The notes below the pieces were generated by a model. The model had not been told where the DNA came from. It ran no database searches and was given only the letters and a program-made list of their open reading frames with translations. This document shows, piece by piece, positions 9,909-18,402 of a stretch of 64,000 bases of DNA. Within the stretch, counting starts at the first letter, position 1. Every line of letters begins with the position of its first letter. Source of the DNA: a virus (Duplodnaviria; Caudoviricetes); IMG/VR virus record IMGVR_UViG_3300028549_001457, positions 96,001 to 160,000 of that record; one strand, written 5' to 3'. Made by a program: the position numbers and the translations under genes.

Positions 9909-10115
9909 ATGGCGTCTGGGAATTCTTCTGTTTTAGTAGCACCCAAGAAGTCTGTTAAAGTTGTTGAACCCATTGTTGAGGATCTCCGTAGGTGTTCGCA
10001 CCCTACCTGTAAGAAATGTAGAAAACACATGTCTTGTAGGCAGCAACCTCTAGCGGATGGTAGATGTGTGTCATTTGAGGAGGGATTAGCGTGGGATCAC
10101 ATTTGCAAGACCTAA
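9909..10115 (+). CDS. Small Cys-rich hypothetical protein
   Basis: SD AGGAG; CxxxxCxxC..C..C..C pattern. Confidence 0.6.
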   Translation: MASGNSSVLVAPKKSVKVVEPIVEDLRRCSHPTCKKCRKHMSCRQQPLADGRCVSFEEGLAWDHICKT

Positions 10116-10399
10116 CCCAGGGGCAACAAGTAGCCCTTGCTTACATGTTGATGTTAAGGAACTGTGCTGATGTGTGCTTTTCAGAGGCAGCAAAGCAGGC
10201 TTCACTGAAGGACCCCGAGTTTAGGGCCACACTAGATAATTTAGAGCTTGCTCTTACATATGCCTCTAGTATTTTGACCTCGGAGATATCTTCCAATGAG
10301 TCTTGCAATTCTGCTGATGTATCTATAACTGTTAAGACAATCTCAAAAGCTTTTAATTTGTCTGAAGCTTGTTCGGAACGTATCTTCGAGTTTATTTAA
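10091..10399 (+). CDS. Hypothetical protein
   Basis: 102-aa ORF overlapping the upstream gene; start uncertain. Confidence 0.55.
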   Translation: MGSHLQDLTQGQQVALAYMLMLRNCADVCFSEAAKQASLKDPEFRATLDNLELALTYASSILTSEISSNESCNSADVSITVKTISKAFNLSEACSERIFEFI

Positions 10400-10536
10400 T
10401 GAAGGTGGGGGTCCCAGCAGTTAAATCTAATGAAGACTGCATTGTAGTCTACACTGTGGAGACTCTATCAACCTTCTGTCCCATGATTTATTTCCGAGTT
10501 GATGGACCCGAACACAGACTACGCAGATATTTGTAG
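10399..10536 (+). CDS. Possible 45-aa protein (MKVGVPAVKS...), absent from ORF track
   Basis: TAATG stop-start overlap with upstream gene. Confidence 0.35.
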   Translation: MKVGVPAVKSNEDCIVVYTVETLSTFCPMIYFRVDGPEHRLRRYL

Positions 10537-10628
10537 TTTGCTCATGTGCTCTAGGCTATATTTTTTACGACACGGGTTGGGGTGGCCTAGAGACTCTGAC
10601 TGGGTCCCAAACAACACCATTATTAACC

Positions 10629-10892
10629 TTGAGGTCTAACATTATTTTTGATTCCCACTCCGCTAAATCCGTTCTGTGGTCCATGAAAGGGTTCACGGGG
10701 AAGGGCTCTATCATGAAGATTACTAATGCCGACAGGTCCTACTCACATTACTTTGTGGGCGGTATCCTTGAGGGTAAATTTGTATCTGGCGGTGAAGTAA
10801 CTCCAGAGGTTGCGGGGTGGTTGCTGGTGCATTATCCATTTAGTGAGTCCCCCGATCTCACTTCTAATTATTTGGTTACGTGGGTAATATAG
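10629..10892 (+). CDS. Hypothetical protein
   Basis: ORF filling a gap; true start possibly the ATG at 10682. Confidence 0.5.
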   Translation: MRSNIIFDSHSAKSVLWSMKGFTGKGSIMKITNADRSYSHYFVGGILEGKFVSGGEVTPEVAGWLLVHYPFSESPDLTSNYLVTWVI

Positions 10893-10951
10893 TTATGTGT
10901 TTGTTTTGGGTATTATTTACTTCAGGTATTGACCTTTAAGGGGGCTAAATT

Positions 10952-11341
10952 ATGTATAGCATGGATAAGACCCCCTACGGTTTTTCTATTGTTTTAGCAG
11001 GCAGTTTATCCAAGGAAGACCTTGATGCATGGCTGTCAGAGGTGCTTATGCTAATACCATCCTCCCCCATAGGTGTTAAACTCTTAATTGATGCTACTGA
11101 GTTGAAGCTCATACCTAGAGGGTCAAAACGTGGTTATGAAGAAATACTTCGCTATTTTATTGATAATGGCTTGCAAAGATCCTGTGTGCTTTACTCAACA
11201 GCATCTGTTAGGCTTCAACTGGCTAATATATCCTCCACTATTGGGTTCACGGGTGAGCGCTATCTAAATACCTCTAAGGTAGCCTCCTATAAGCGTTTGT
11301 CGCGTGAGTGGCTTGTTTTTGGCAAAGAACCAAACTTATAA
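10952..11341 (+). CDS. STAS/SEC14 (SpoIIAA-like) domain protein
   Basis: MYSMDKTPYGFSIVLAG..LLIDATELK..NGLQRSCVL..ERY pattern resembles bacterial SpoIIAA-like single-domain proteins. Confidence 0.55.
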   Translation: MYSMDKTPYGFSIVLAGSLSKEDLDAWLSEVLMLIPSSPIGVKLLIDATELKLIPRGSKRGYEEILRYFIDNGLQRSCVLYSTASVRLQLANISSTIGFTGERYLNTSKVASYKRLSREWLVFGKEPNL

Positions 11342-11349
11342 GGAGAAGT

Positions 11350-11676
11350 ATGCTACGCAGAATCGTATTTCCTGAGGCCCTCTCGATTTCTTCTAACGAA
11401 GTGTATCTAGACAATGAGGTGCTACCCTCCGATAAGAGACTCCATTTAATCACAAGTCACCAGATGGAAGACAAACTCTGTGCGTTTATGTCTGATGCTC
11501 TAGGTGCCTCAGTCGAATGGGATAGTGTTGAGATATCAACCAGCGCAGACCTCTTTAGGAGAGATCTCACTTCAGGGACTCTTACAGGTCGTATTACTGC
11601 ACAGGATGTCTTCGGAGAGCCCTTTTCGGCTCAATATGAGATACCCGTGCGCCAAATTGTTGCTATTGCAGTTTGA
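11350..11676 (+). CDS. Hypothetical protein
   Basis: SD AGGAG at 11341 supports ATG 11350 rather than 11308. Confidence 0.65.
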   Translation: MLRRIVFPEALSISSNEVYLDNEVLPSDKRLHLITSHQMEDKLCAFMSDALGASVEWDSVEISTSADLFRRDLTSGTLTGRITAQDVFGEPFSAQYEIPVRQIVAIAV

Positions 11677-11706
11677 TTACTTGTATCTAGGATTAGTGAG
11701 GTTCCC

Positions 11707-12567
11707 ATGAATGTTCTGCTAGATTTCTGGAATAAATTTAGAGTAAAGATAATTTTGATAGCCCTTGCTTCTATTGCTGTAATAGGGGTTTCATACTACA
11801 TCTATGACTTAAGGCATAGGAATACCGCCTTAGCTCAGCAGAACTCAACGCTACAGTCTGAATTTGGTAAGCTCGGTGTTAGCTATAGGGCTCAGGGGGC
11901 TGCATTTAAATCCGAAAAAGAGGCTGAGGCTCAGGCACGTAAACTTTTAGGAGATTCTTTTTCGGATGCCATGGCTAAGTCCAATGCTAATATCCGTGTT
12001 TTATACACTGCCGTGGCGGAAGTCAAGGATGAACTAAAAAAACTCCATGAAATTAGAATTGACCCTGATAGTAATGGGGGATTTGCTAACGCAACTTTAG
12101 AGCAACATCGAACGGGACCTAGTTTATCTAAAGTTTCCCTGACATATGATCCTCTAAATATAGACCCTTCTCTTCGTCTAACGGGTTTCTGGACCTCCTA
12201 CAATGAGGAGTTCACAACTACAGTGGGTGAGTGGGTTAAACAGGATAATGGCTACGTGGCTGGCATTAAGATGCGCCGAAAAGTTTCTAAGCCACTTGGT
12301 AATGGTGCATATACCCTTGTTGGTGAAGAAGATCTCCCCCTGGTTAATGGTGTTGCTAGATATAGCCCCATTGCATTTGGGGGGTCCCAGGCTCTTAGTC
12401 CTGTCCCTCGATTTTCTATTTATGGAGGCGGTGGGTGGGATACTGATAGAAAGAAGGCTGTCCCAGTCCTCGGCATGGATTTTAGGGTGACCACTACAAC
12501 CGGAATTGGAGCCGGGATTGCCGGGAATGTTGTTTTTGGCACTGTATCCTATAGATTTGGTAAATAA
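11707..12567 (+). CDS. Membrane-anchored coiled-coil protein with C-terminal beta-strands (spanin-like candidate)
   Basis: N-terminal TM IILIALASIAVIGVSYYI, coiled coil, Gly/aromatic strands ending VSYRFGK. Confidence 0.5.
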   Translation: MNVLLDFWNKFRVKIILIALASIAVIGVSYYIYDLRHRNTALAQQNSTLQSEFGKLGVSYRAQGAAFKSEKEAEAQARKLLGDSFSDAMAKSNANIRVLYTAVAEVKDELKKLHEIRIDPDSNGGFANATLEQHRTGPSLSKVSLTYDPLNIDPSLRLTGFWTSYNEEFTTTVGEWVKQDNGYVAGIKMRRKVSKPLGNGAYTLVGEEDLPLVNGVARYSPIAFGGSQALSPVPRFSIYGGGGWDTDRKKAVPVLGMDFRVTTTTGIGAGIAGNVVFGTVSYRFGK

Positions 12568-12577
12568 TGGAGGCTTC

Positions 12578-12835
12578 ATGGCTGACCTAACGATTAAGAT
12601 TTCAGATATCTCTTCTAAAAAACCCTGCATTAAACTTATTCATACTGATGACTCTGGTATGGATACCCTGGTGGGGGGGCTTTCTCATTTATGTCTTGAG
12701 GTCGATGCGGATACAAATCTTCTTCAAAACTGTCTTGTGCTTGAGTTTGACCCCCTCTTTTCTGATACGTCTAAACTTATTATTGAGGGTCTTTTGAAGG
12801 ACCTTCCTTTTATTCTAATTAAGAAGCCCGAATAG
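12578..12835 (+). CDS. Hypothetical protein
   Basis: SD GGAGG supports ATG 12578. Confidence 0.65.
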   Translation: MADLTIKISDISSKKPCIKLIHTDDSGMDTLVGGLSHLCLEVDADTNLLQNCLVLEFDPLFSDTSKLIIEGLLKDLPFILIKKPE

Positions 12836-12860
12836 CTAGGCTGTATTATTACCTCTTTTA

Positions 12861-12892
12861 GAACAGGGGCAGAAGGCCCCTGTTCCCTTTTT
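12861..12892 (+). terminator. Hairpin with U-tract abutting the next SD
   Basis: GAACAGGGGC-AGAAG-GCCCCTGTTC then CCTTTTT. Confidence 0.55.
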
Positions 12893-12906
12893 AAGGGGAG
12901 TTATAT

Positions 12907-13401
12907 ATGTGTAGCCTAGAAGAACATATCTACCAAGAACTTAGGGATTCTGTTAAAACAGGGGATCTTTTAGTTTGGGAGGGGACTTCCCTCTTTGCTA
13001 GATTGGTTAGTCTTTTTACTAAATCTAGTTACACCCACGTTGGTCTTGCCTGGGTAGTTGGGGGAAGGGTTCTTATCCTCCAGGCTAACCCTGGAGTCGG
13101 GGTTGAGGTTGCAACTCTTAGTGATAATCTGCCTGTTGTTATATTTAAGAGTCCAACTCCCCTATCTGCAAAAGCTTTAAAGGTAGCTTTAGATCAGCTC
13201 CAGGAGCCCTATTCGTTTATGAACGCCATTCGAGCTGGCTTTGGTCTACGAGTTTCTAATAGAGGCTTCCAGTGTGTCCAGTATGTCCTGAGAGTTTTCA
13301 AAGCTAATAAGCTTAAAATTGATTTGTCCTCCCACACTCCCAAGCAGCTCGTTGAGTTCTTCGAGACCACTCTGCACGTTCAAGGTTTAAAAGTATCTTA
13401 G
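12907..13401 (+). CDS. Permuted papain-like NlpC/P60 amidase (YiiX/YebB family)
   Basis: KTGDLL..YTHVGL (His) precedes YSF..FQCVQYV (Cys), the permuted order. Confidence 0.8.
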   Translation: MCSLEEHIYQELRDSVKTGDLLVWEGTSLFARLVSLFTKSSYTHVGLAWVVGGRVLILQANPGVGVEVATLSDNLPVVIFKSPTPLSAKALKVALDQLQEPYSFMNAIRAGFGLRVSNRGFQCVQYVLRVFKANKLKIDLSSHTPKQLVEFFETTLHVQGLKVS

Positions 13402-13452
13402 ATATTGAATAACATTCAAGCGTATCTTAGGAGGTAGCTCTTTAGAGGTAGC

Positions 13453-14004
13453 TTGATGCTCAGCCCTTCACGAAAAAACCCCCCTGCCCTGGATAAATCC
13501 CCACGGCTTAGGTTTACTTCTAGGTATCCCTTTACCACTTCCTCAGACTTACTGGGAGAGGTTAAGCACCTGGAGAATGAGTTTTTTACACAACCCTGGA
13601 TGGGCGCTAAATTCATTTTAGTGGAAAGCTCTAGGTCCTTTATGTATGTCTTTGAGACTCAGCAAACTCGAGTTTCCGGGCCTGAGGATCTTCAAAGTAT
13701 CGCAGCTATGTACCGAGAGCTTGAAAACAAGTTTAATACAACTATTGCATCTTGCATTATTAATGTGAACGCCATTCCAAAAATGCCCGGTAATGTCGGG
13801 TATATTTTTGGCTATCAAGCTTTATACACCCTAACTCGGCAGGGGAGTTTGTGTGATATTTCTAAGGTATCCTATGATGACTCAAATGGAGCGCCTGAAA
13901 TTATTGAGAGCGAGAGTTCTGCTATGAAAACGGCATGGGAAGAGCGTATAGGTGAGCCTCTTGAGCATTTTATAAAGAGGCTTTTTGTGCCTATTGTAGT
14001 GTGA
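13453..14004 (+). CDS. Hypothetical protein
   Basis: 183-aa ORF; SD-like GAGG upstream. Confidence 0.65.
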   Translation: MMLSPSRKNPPALDKSPRLRFTSRYPFTTSSDLLGEVKHLENEFFTQPWMGAKFILVESSRSFMYVFETQQTRVSGPEDLQSIAAMYRELENKFNTTIASCIINVNAIPKMPGNVGYIFGYQALYTLTRQGSLCDISKVSYDDSNGAPEIIESESSAMKTAWEERIGEPLEHFIKRLFVPIVV

Positions 14005-14041
14005 AGGTGCCTTTCTCTTTTAAAGAGAGGTCAATCAACGA

Positions 14042-14413
14042 ATGAAGAAAATCCTATTGGTAGAAGACAACGTAATGAATCAGGAAGGATTCTTCAGGCT
14101 TTTATCTAAGCGTGGGTATACAGTTGTTGTAGCTACTAGTGGGGAATCTGCAATAACTAAATACAATGAGGATATGCCAGATCTCATTCTCATGGATGTG
14201 AGTCTCCCTGATATGTCCGGTTTTGATGTTACTAGGGTCATACGTTCTCTAGAAGCTAGCGCTTCTAGACCAGCTACCCCTATTATTGCAATTACTGCTC
14301 ATGCAATGGTGCAAGACCGTGTGCATGCAATCGAGGCTGGGTGTACTGACTTTGAGCCAAAACCCATGGAGTTCAAAAGATTATTCCAAAAAATAGCAAA
14401 ATATACCTCCTAA
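14042..14413 (+). CDS. Single-domain response regulator (CheY/DivK-like)
   Basis: ILLVEDN, DLILMD (Asp codon 14195), IIAITAHA, FEPKP; all catalytic positions intact. Confidence 0.95.
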   Translation: MKKILLVEDNVMNQEGFFRLLSKRGYTVVVATSGESAITKYNEDMPDLILMDVSLPDMSGFDVTRVIRSLEASASRPATPIIAITAHAMVQDRVHAIEAGCTDFEPKPMEFKRLFQKIAKYTS

Positions 14414-14458
14414 GTGTATTTCAGATATCGGGGCATCGTATCTTGTTAGGAGGTTTTT

Positions 14459-14914
14459 ATGCTTGAGCGTATCCTGGCGAGGTTGATTAAACCTGGGCAC
14501 CCCAGAGACCTACTTTCGATGATGAAGGTGTGTTCTTCTTTGATGGGTCCCGTGATTGGTTTTTGTATGTGTGTGGCTTATGTAGCTTTGACACGAAATC
14601 TATGGGCATACGTTCCAATGGTGCTTCTAGGTGGTCTGGTTTTAGGTGGGTCACTTGCCCTGAAGCATGAAATTAGGCTACGAAAATCCTACCGATCTGG
14701 CAGAGTAGCACTTCCTCCGCTTCTTGCTGAAGGCGTTGACGCCGCAGAACGTGGTGATGCTGAAAGACTCTATGCTTGTATCCAGGCTAGGGTGGACATT
14801 GTGGCTCTGGATGCACACAGTTTGGCGATATTTGACTGCCTTTTACGTGATACCCTTCATGTGTCCCCTGAACTTAAGGCTGATCTCCTAGCCATTCAGC
14901 AGCGCTCAACCTAG
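14459..14914 (+). CDS. Hypothetical membrane protein (2 TM)
   Basis: SD AGGAGG; two hydrophobic segments. Confidence 0.7.
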   Translation: MLERILARLIKPGHPRDLLSMMKVCSSLMGPVIGFCMCVAYVALTRNLWAYVPMVLLGGLVLGGSLALKHEIRLRKSYRSGRVALPPLLAEGVDAAERGDAERLYACIQARVDIVALDAHSLAIFDCLLRDTLHVSPELKADLLAIQQRST

Positions 14915-14941
14915 AACTTCTCTTGAATAGAGGAGGGTTCT

Positions 14942-15625
14942 GTGGCAGATGTCCTAAGTTTAGTTACAAAGTACTGCCCTAATGCTATGACCTTAATAAA
15001 GGACCCGTCTAAAGTTGTCTCAACTTTGACTAAGATAGGTCCCTCTATTCAAACAGCTTTGAGATTAGATCCAAAGTCTGTTCAGGGAACCTCCAATACG
15101 ATTATCACTAAGGCGGCTGCTGTTGCAGCCAGATCTCAGGATACGGCTGCAAAGGCCATTAAGACTGCCACGCAGGATGTTCAAGAGAGGGCCTTGAAAG
15201 TAGCTAAAGATAAAGCTGATGCTATTAAAAAACAAGCTTTAAACGCAGCATCTACCTCCCTAGCTAAAAATGCAGCACCCCTAATGCAGCAGTATTCTGT
15301 TGCAATGGGGTCTGTAAACTCGCTTAAACAATCAGCTTCCGCTATTGTGGAAGCTACAAGTAGCGTGTTTACAGCTCAGAAACTACTTAAACAGATTAAT
15401 TTTAAACAAGCTAACGCATCCCGAGTTAAGGTCCCATCTGGGGAGACTACTTCTATCCAGGGTAAAATTACTGCGATAAAAGATTTAGCGGAATCACAGA
15501 AGGCTACTTTAGACAAGCTTAAACTTCTAAAAAAAGATGCGGATGTAGCGTCTGAAGCCCTTAAGTCTGCTAAGGAAGCTCTAGAAAAAGCCCAAAAATC
15601 CTCAGCATTAATAAACAAGCAATAA
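14942..15625 (+). CDS. Ala/Lys-rich coiled-coil hypothetical protein
   Basis: SD GAGGAGG; heptad-rich composition. Confidence 0.7.
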   Translation: MADVLSLVTKYCPNAMTLIKDPSKVVSTLTKIGPSIQTALRLDPKSVQGTSNTIITKAAAVAARSQDTAAKAIKTATQDVQERALKVAKDKADAIKKQALNAASTSLAKNAAPLMQQYSVAMGSVNSLKQSASAIVEATSSVFTAQKLLKQINFKQANASRVKVPSGETTSIQGKITAIKDLAESQKATLDKLKLLKKDADVASEALKSAKEALEKAQKSSALINKQ

Positions 15626-15652
15626 ATTTGTGGGACTTGAAATCGTCTTTTT

Positions 15653-17566
15653 GTGAAGAACTTTCAAAGGGGTTCTGTTTTTACGATGGATTCCACATTT
15701 AAAAAATACATGCATATAGACGGGGGCACTCTTAGGATGTCTCTGACAAGCCTTTCTTTGGTGTTGTCTACCCCTCTTGGCGTGGTGGTTATTATTCTTA
15801 GTTATCTCGTTTTTGGGTTAACTCATTGGTTTGTTGGTGTCCTATTAGCTCTGGCCCTTTTTACGCTATTCATGCTAAGAGTTGTGCATGTCCATTTCAG
15901 CAACCCCCTTCTGCGATTTTCTCAAGGTATCCGTGAGTTGGATTCTCAAACCCCTCTAGAGGGGACTTCCTGCCTGGAGTTATCCAAGGTTAATGATTCT
16001 TTCTCTGCCCTAACAACCTCTCTCTATGATAAAGATATACGGGTTTCTAGGACTTTGAATACCCTCGAAGATTTAGTAGCAGAGAGAACGCTTGAGTTGT
16101 TAAAAACAAATACTGAATTGCTACTTGCTAATGAGTTAGCAGAATCCGCTGCACATGCTAAATCGGTTTTTCTCACTCATATGAGTACCTCCCTACGAAC
16201 TCCTCTTAATGGTATCCAAATTTATGCTGAGTTGCTAACAGACGCTCTTCAGGAGCTTCCAGTCTCATCTGATGCCCTTGATGATGTAAAACGAATTCAA
16301 AAATCTGCCGATCAGCTTTTGGAGACTATTGATCGAATACTAGACTATGCTCAAGTTGAAATTGGGCATATTAACATTGAGTCAGATACTATCCTTTTGA
16401 TAGACTTTATTAAAGAATGCGAATCTTTAAGTAGGTCTATGGCTAAAAAAGGTAATAACTGGTTCGACTTAATGTTGTCTCCAAACCTTCCAACATATAT
16501 CTCCACGGACCATAAGAAGCTTAAGCATGTCTTAATATCCTTATTAGATAATGCTAATAAATTTACTCACAAGGGGCATGTCAGACTTCATATAGATGAT
16601 GATGGGGATTTTTTAGTATTTACCATCTCAGATACTGGTGTTGGAATACCCCCAGAAGATCTTAAGAGTATGTTTGTTGAGTTTATTTCCAGCAACAAAA
16701 AGGGTGTGACCTCCCTGGGACTTGGATTAACGCTTACAAAAAAATACTTGGATTTGCTGGGAGGAACCATCTCAGTTAGATCTACCCTAAAACATGGAAC
16801 TGTTTTTACGGTAAAGATACCCAAGCTAGCTAAATATTTGGTTAGAAAGAATTCCTCCACGGTTCTAATTATGCTCCCAGACACCCCTGTGCGTAATGAG
16901 TTGATATCTAAGTTAACTCAGCTAGGGTTATGGACCACTGTAGTGGAGACCTTAGATGAATGTATTAAAATATCAACCTCCTTAGGGCCTCAGACCATTA
17001 TATTGGGTATTACCCGCCCTGAAGATTGGGATACGCTACTGCAACTAGGGAATTCTCTTCCTCAGCGGTGTAGGGTTCTCTGCATACAGTTTGCTGAGGA
17101 TTCAATGGAGGGGTCCATTGTAGAGGTGCGTGAGATTGTTAAAAAGCCCATTAAAAGGGATCATTTAGCGTATGTTCTTAATAGCTACGCGGCTCCCAGA
17201 AAGTCCCCCAGGGTCCTAATAATTGAAGATGATAGAGTTACTGCGTTAGCCCTATCTAGGCAAGTTGAATCGCTTGGTTGGAAAACAACTGTTGTTTTTT
17301 CAGCAGAGGCTGCGCTTCCTCACTTAGAAGTCCCCACCATAGATTTGCTTCCCTCTTTGGTGCTCCTTGATTTAGGGCTACCTGGGATGGGTGGGGCGGA
17401 ATTACTTGAGACACACTCACATATTTTTAGGGACCTACCTGTCGTGGTGGTTACTGGATCTTCCGTGTCAGGGGGTGATTTAGCTAGGATAAATATGTTC
17501 GATACTAAGGTTCCCATATCGGAAATAGCTGTGGGTGTTGCTGCTAAAGTTAGTAGATGGTCCTAG
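15653..17566 (+). CDS. Hybrid sensor histidine kinase-like protein (TM-HAMP-like-HisKA-HATPase-REC-REC) with His to Thr substitution
   Basis: AKSVFLTHMSTSLRTPLN versus consensus AKSxFLANMSHELRTPLN; N box LLDNANKFT, G1 DTGVGI, G2 LGLGL; REC1 IILGI, REC2 IIEDD..LVLLD. Confidence 0.9.
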   Translation: MKNFQRGSVFTMDSTFKKYMHIDGGTLRMSLTSLSLVLSTPLGVVVIILSYLVFGLTHWFVGVLLALALFTLFMLRVVHVHFSNPLLRFSQGIRELDSQTPLEGTSCLELSKVNDSFSALTTSLYDKDIRVSRTLNTLEDLVAERTLELLKTNTELLLANELAESAAHAKSVFLTHMSTSLRTPLNGIQIYAELLTDALQELPVSSDALDDVKRIQKSADQLLETIDRILDYAQVEIGHINIESDTILLIDFIKECESLSRSMAKKGNNWFDLMLSPNLPTYISTDHKKLKHVLISLLDNANKFTHKGHVRLHIDDDGDFLVFTISDTGVGIPPEDLKSMFVEFISSNKKGVTSLGLGLTLTKKYLDLLGGTISVRSTLKHGTVFTVKIPKLAKYLVRKNSSTVLIMLPDTPVRNELISKLTQLGLWTTVVETLDECIKISTSLGPQTIILGITRPEDWDTLLQLGNSLPQRCRVLCIQFAEDSMEGSIVEVREIVKKPIKRDHLAYVLNSYAAPRKSPRVLIIEDDRVTALALSRQVESLGWKTTVVFSAEAALPHLEVPTIDLLPSLVLLDLGLPGMGGAELLETHSHIFRDLPVVVVTGSSVSGGDLARINMFDTKVPISEIAVGVAAKVSRWS

Positions 17567-17628
17567 CCCATCATTTCCCCCTGTATTACTACTGGGTGGG
17601 CTAGCTCAAGTTCAGTCCGCTGGCATGG

Positions 17629-18189
17629 GTGCATATGAGTCTACCTTTAGAGATCCTTCTCGGGCATGTGCCCGTCTTCACGTTTGAAGATCAGACTTGT
17701 GGGCTCTGCCTCTTAGCCTCTCAGCTACGGGACTCCTTTTTTGAGCTACAACGCGAAGAGGCTGGCCCTAGCCTAGCTATTGTGACAAAAAATTGCTCTC
17801 CCGCACGTATTATATCTGAGTGTATCCCTGAGTTGCCAGTTGAAGGTCTTGGGGATTCAGAGAATTATGTGGTCACTATTTTGGCGAGTGCTGCTTTTAC
17901 TGGGTATGTTCAGAGAACCCTCTTTGAAATCTGGGCTCGGATAGAGGTAGGGAAAGAAGTTCCAGATCTCATTGGAGGAATCCTGACGATAGAGGGGGTT
18001 TATAAAGGATCTAAAAAGGCACTCTACCAAGTGATTAAGCTGGAAAATGGGTGGGCTCAATATCGTGTGCATCCATTTTCAAGGGATGATTCTGGGGTGG
18101 CGTCTTTGGTTGGGACCCCAATTGTTGAGGGGACTGAAGATGGTCCCCTTGACTTTACAGCATTTCTTGAAAATAATATAAATGGCTGA
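17629..18189 (+). CDS. Hypothetical protein
   Basis: 186-aa ORF. Confidence 0.65.
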   Translation: MHMSLPLEILLGHVPVFTFEDQTCGLCLLASQLRDSFFELQREEAGPSLAIVTKNCSPARIISECIPELPVEGLGDSENYVVTILASAAFTGYVQRTLFEIWARIEVGKEVPDLIGGILTIEGVYKGSKKALYQVIKLENGWAQYRVHPFSRDDSGVASLVGTPIVEGTEDGPLDFTAFLENNING

Positions 18190-18358
18190 CACCATTGTAG
18201 TTACTCTAAATATTCGTGCTCACCAAACTTCATGTTTCTCCTTTGGTAGGCTCGGTTTTTCCGACATCATTGCAGGTAGTTTTTTGTGTCTCTCAGTCTC
18301 ACGAATCTTCTTACAAGTTTGTTACCATGGCGCGGCCATGTCTGAGGTTCTACCCTAA
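18182..18358 (+). CDS. Possible 58-aa protein (MADTIVVTLN...), absent from ORF track
   Basis: 8-nt overlap with the upstream stop; fills the gap. Confidence 0.35.
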   Translation: MADTIVVTLNIRAHQTSCFSFGRLGFSDIIAGSFLCLSVSRIFLQVCYHGAAMSEVLP

Positions 18359-18402
18359 CTTAAATTTAACATTAATAAAACTTCTATTTATAGGAGCTAT
18401 CC

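Noticed and set aside
12203-12490. Embedded Rz1-like o-spanin in an alternate frame
   Set aside because: No hydrophobic signal peptide, and ALRC is not a valid lipobox
17594-17670. tRNA-like start GGGCTAGCTCAAG
   Set aside because: No D-stem complement, anticodon arm, TTCGA loop or acceptor-stem pairing; runs into a coding region
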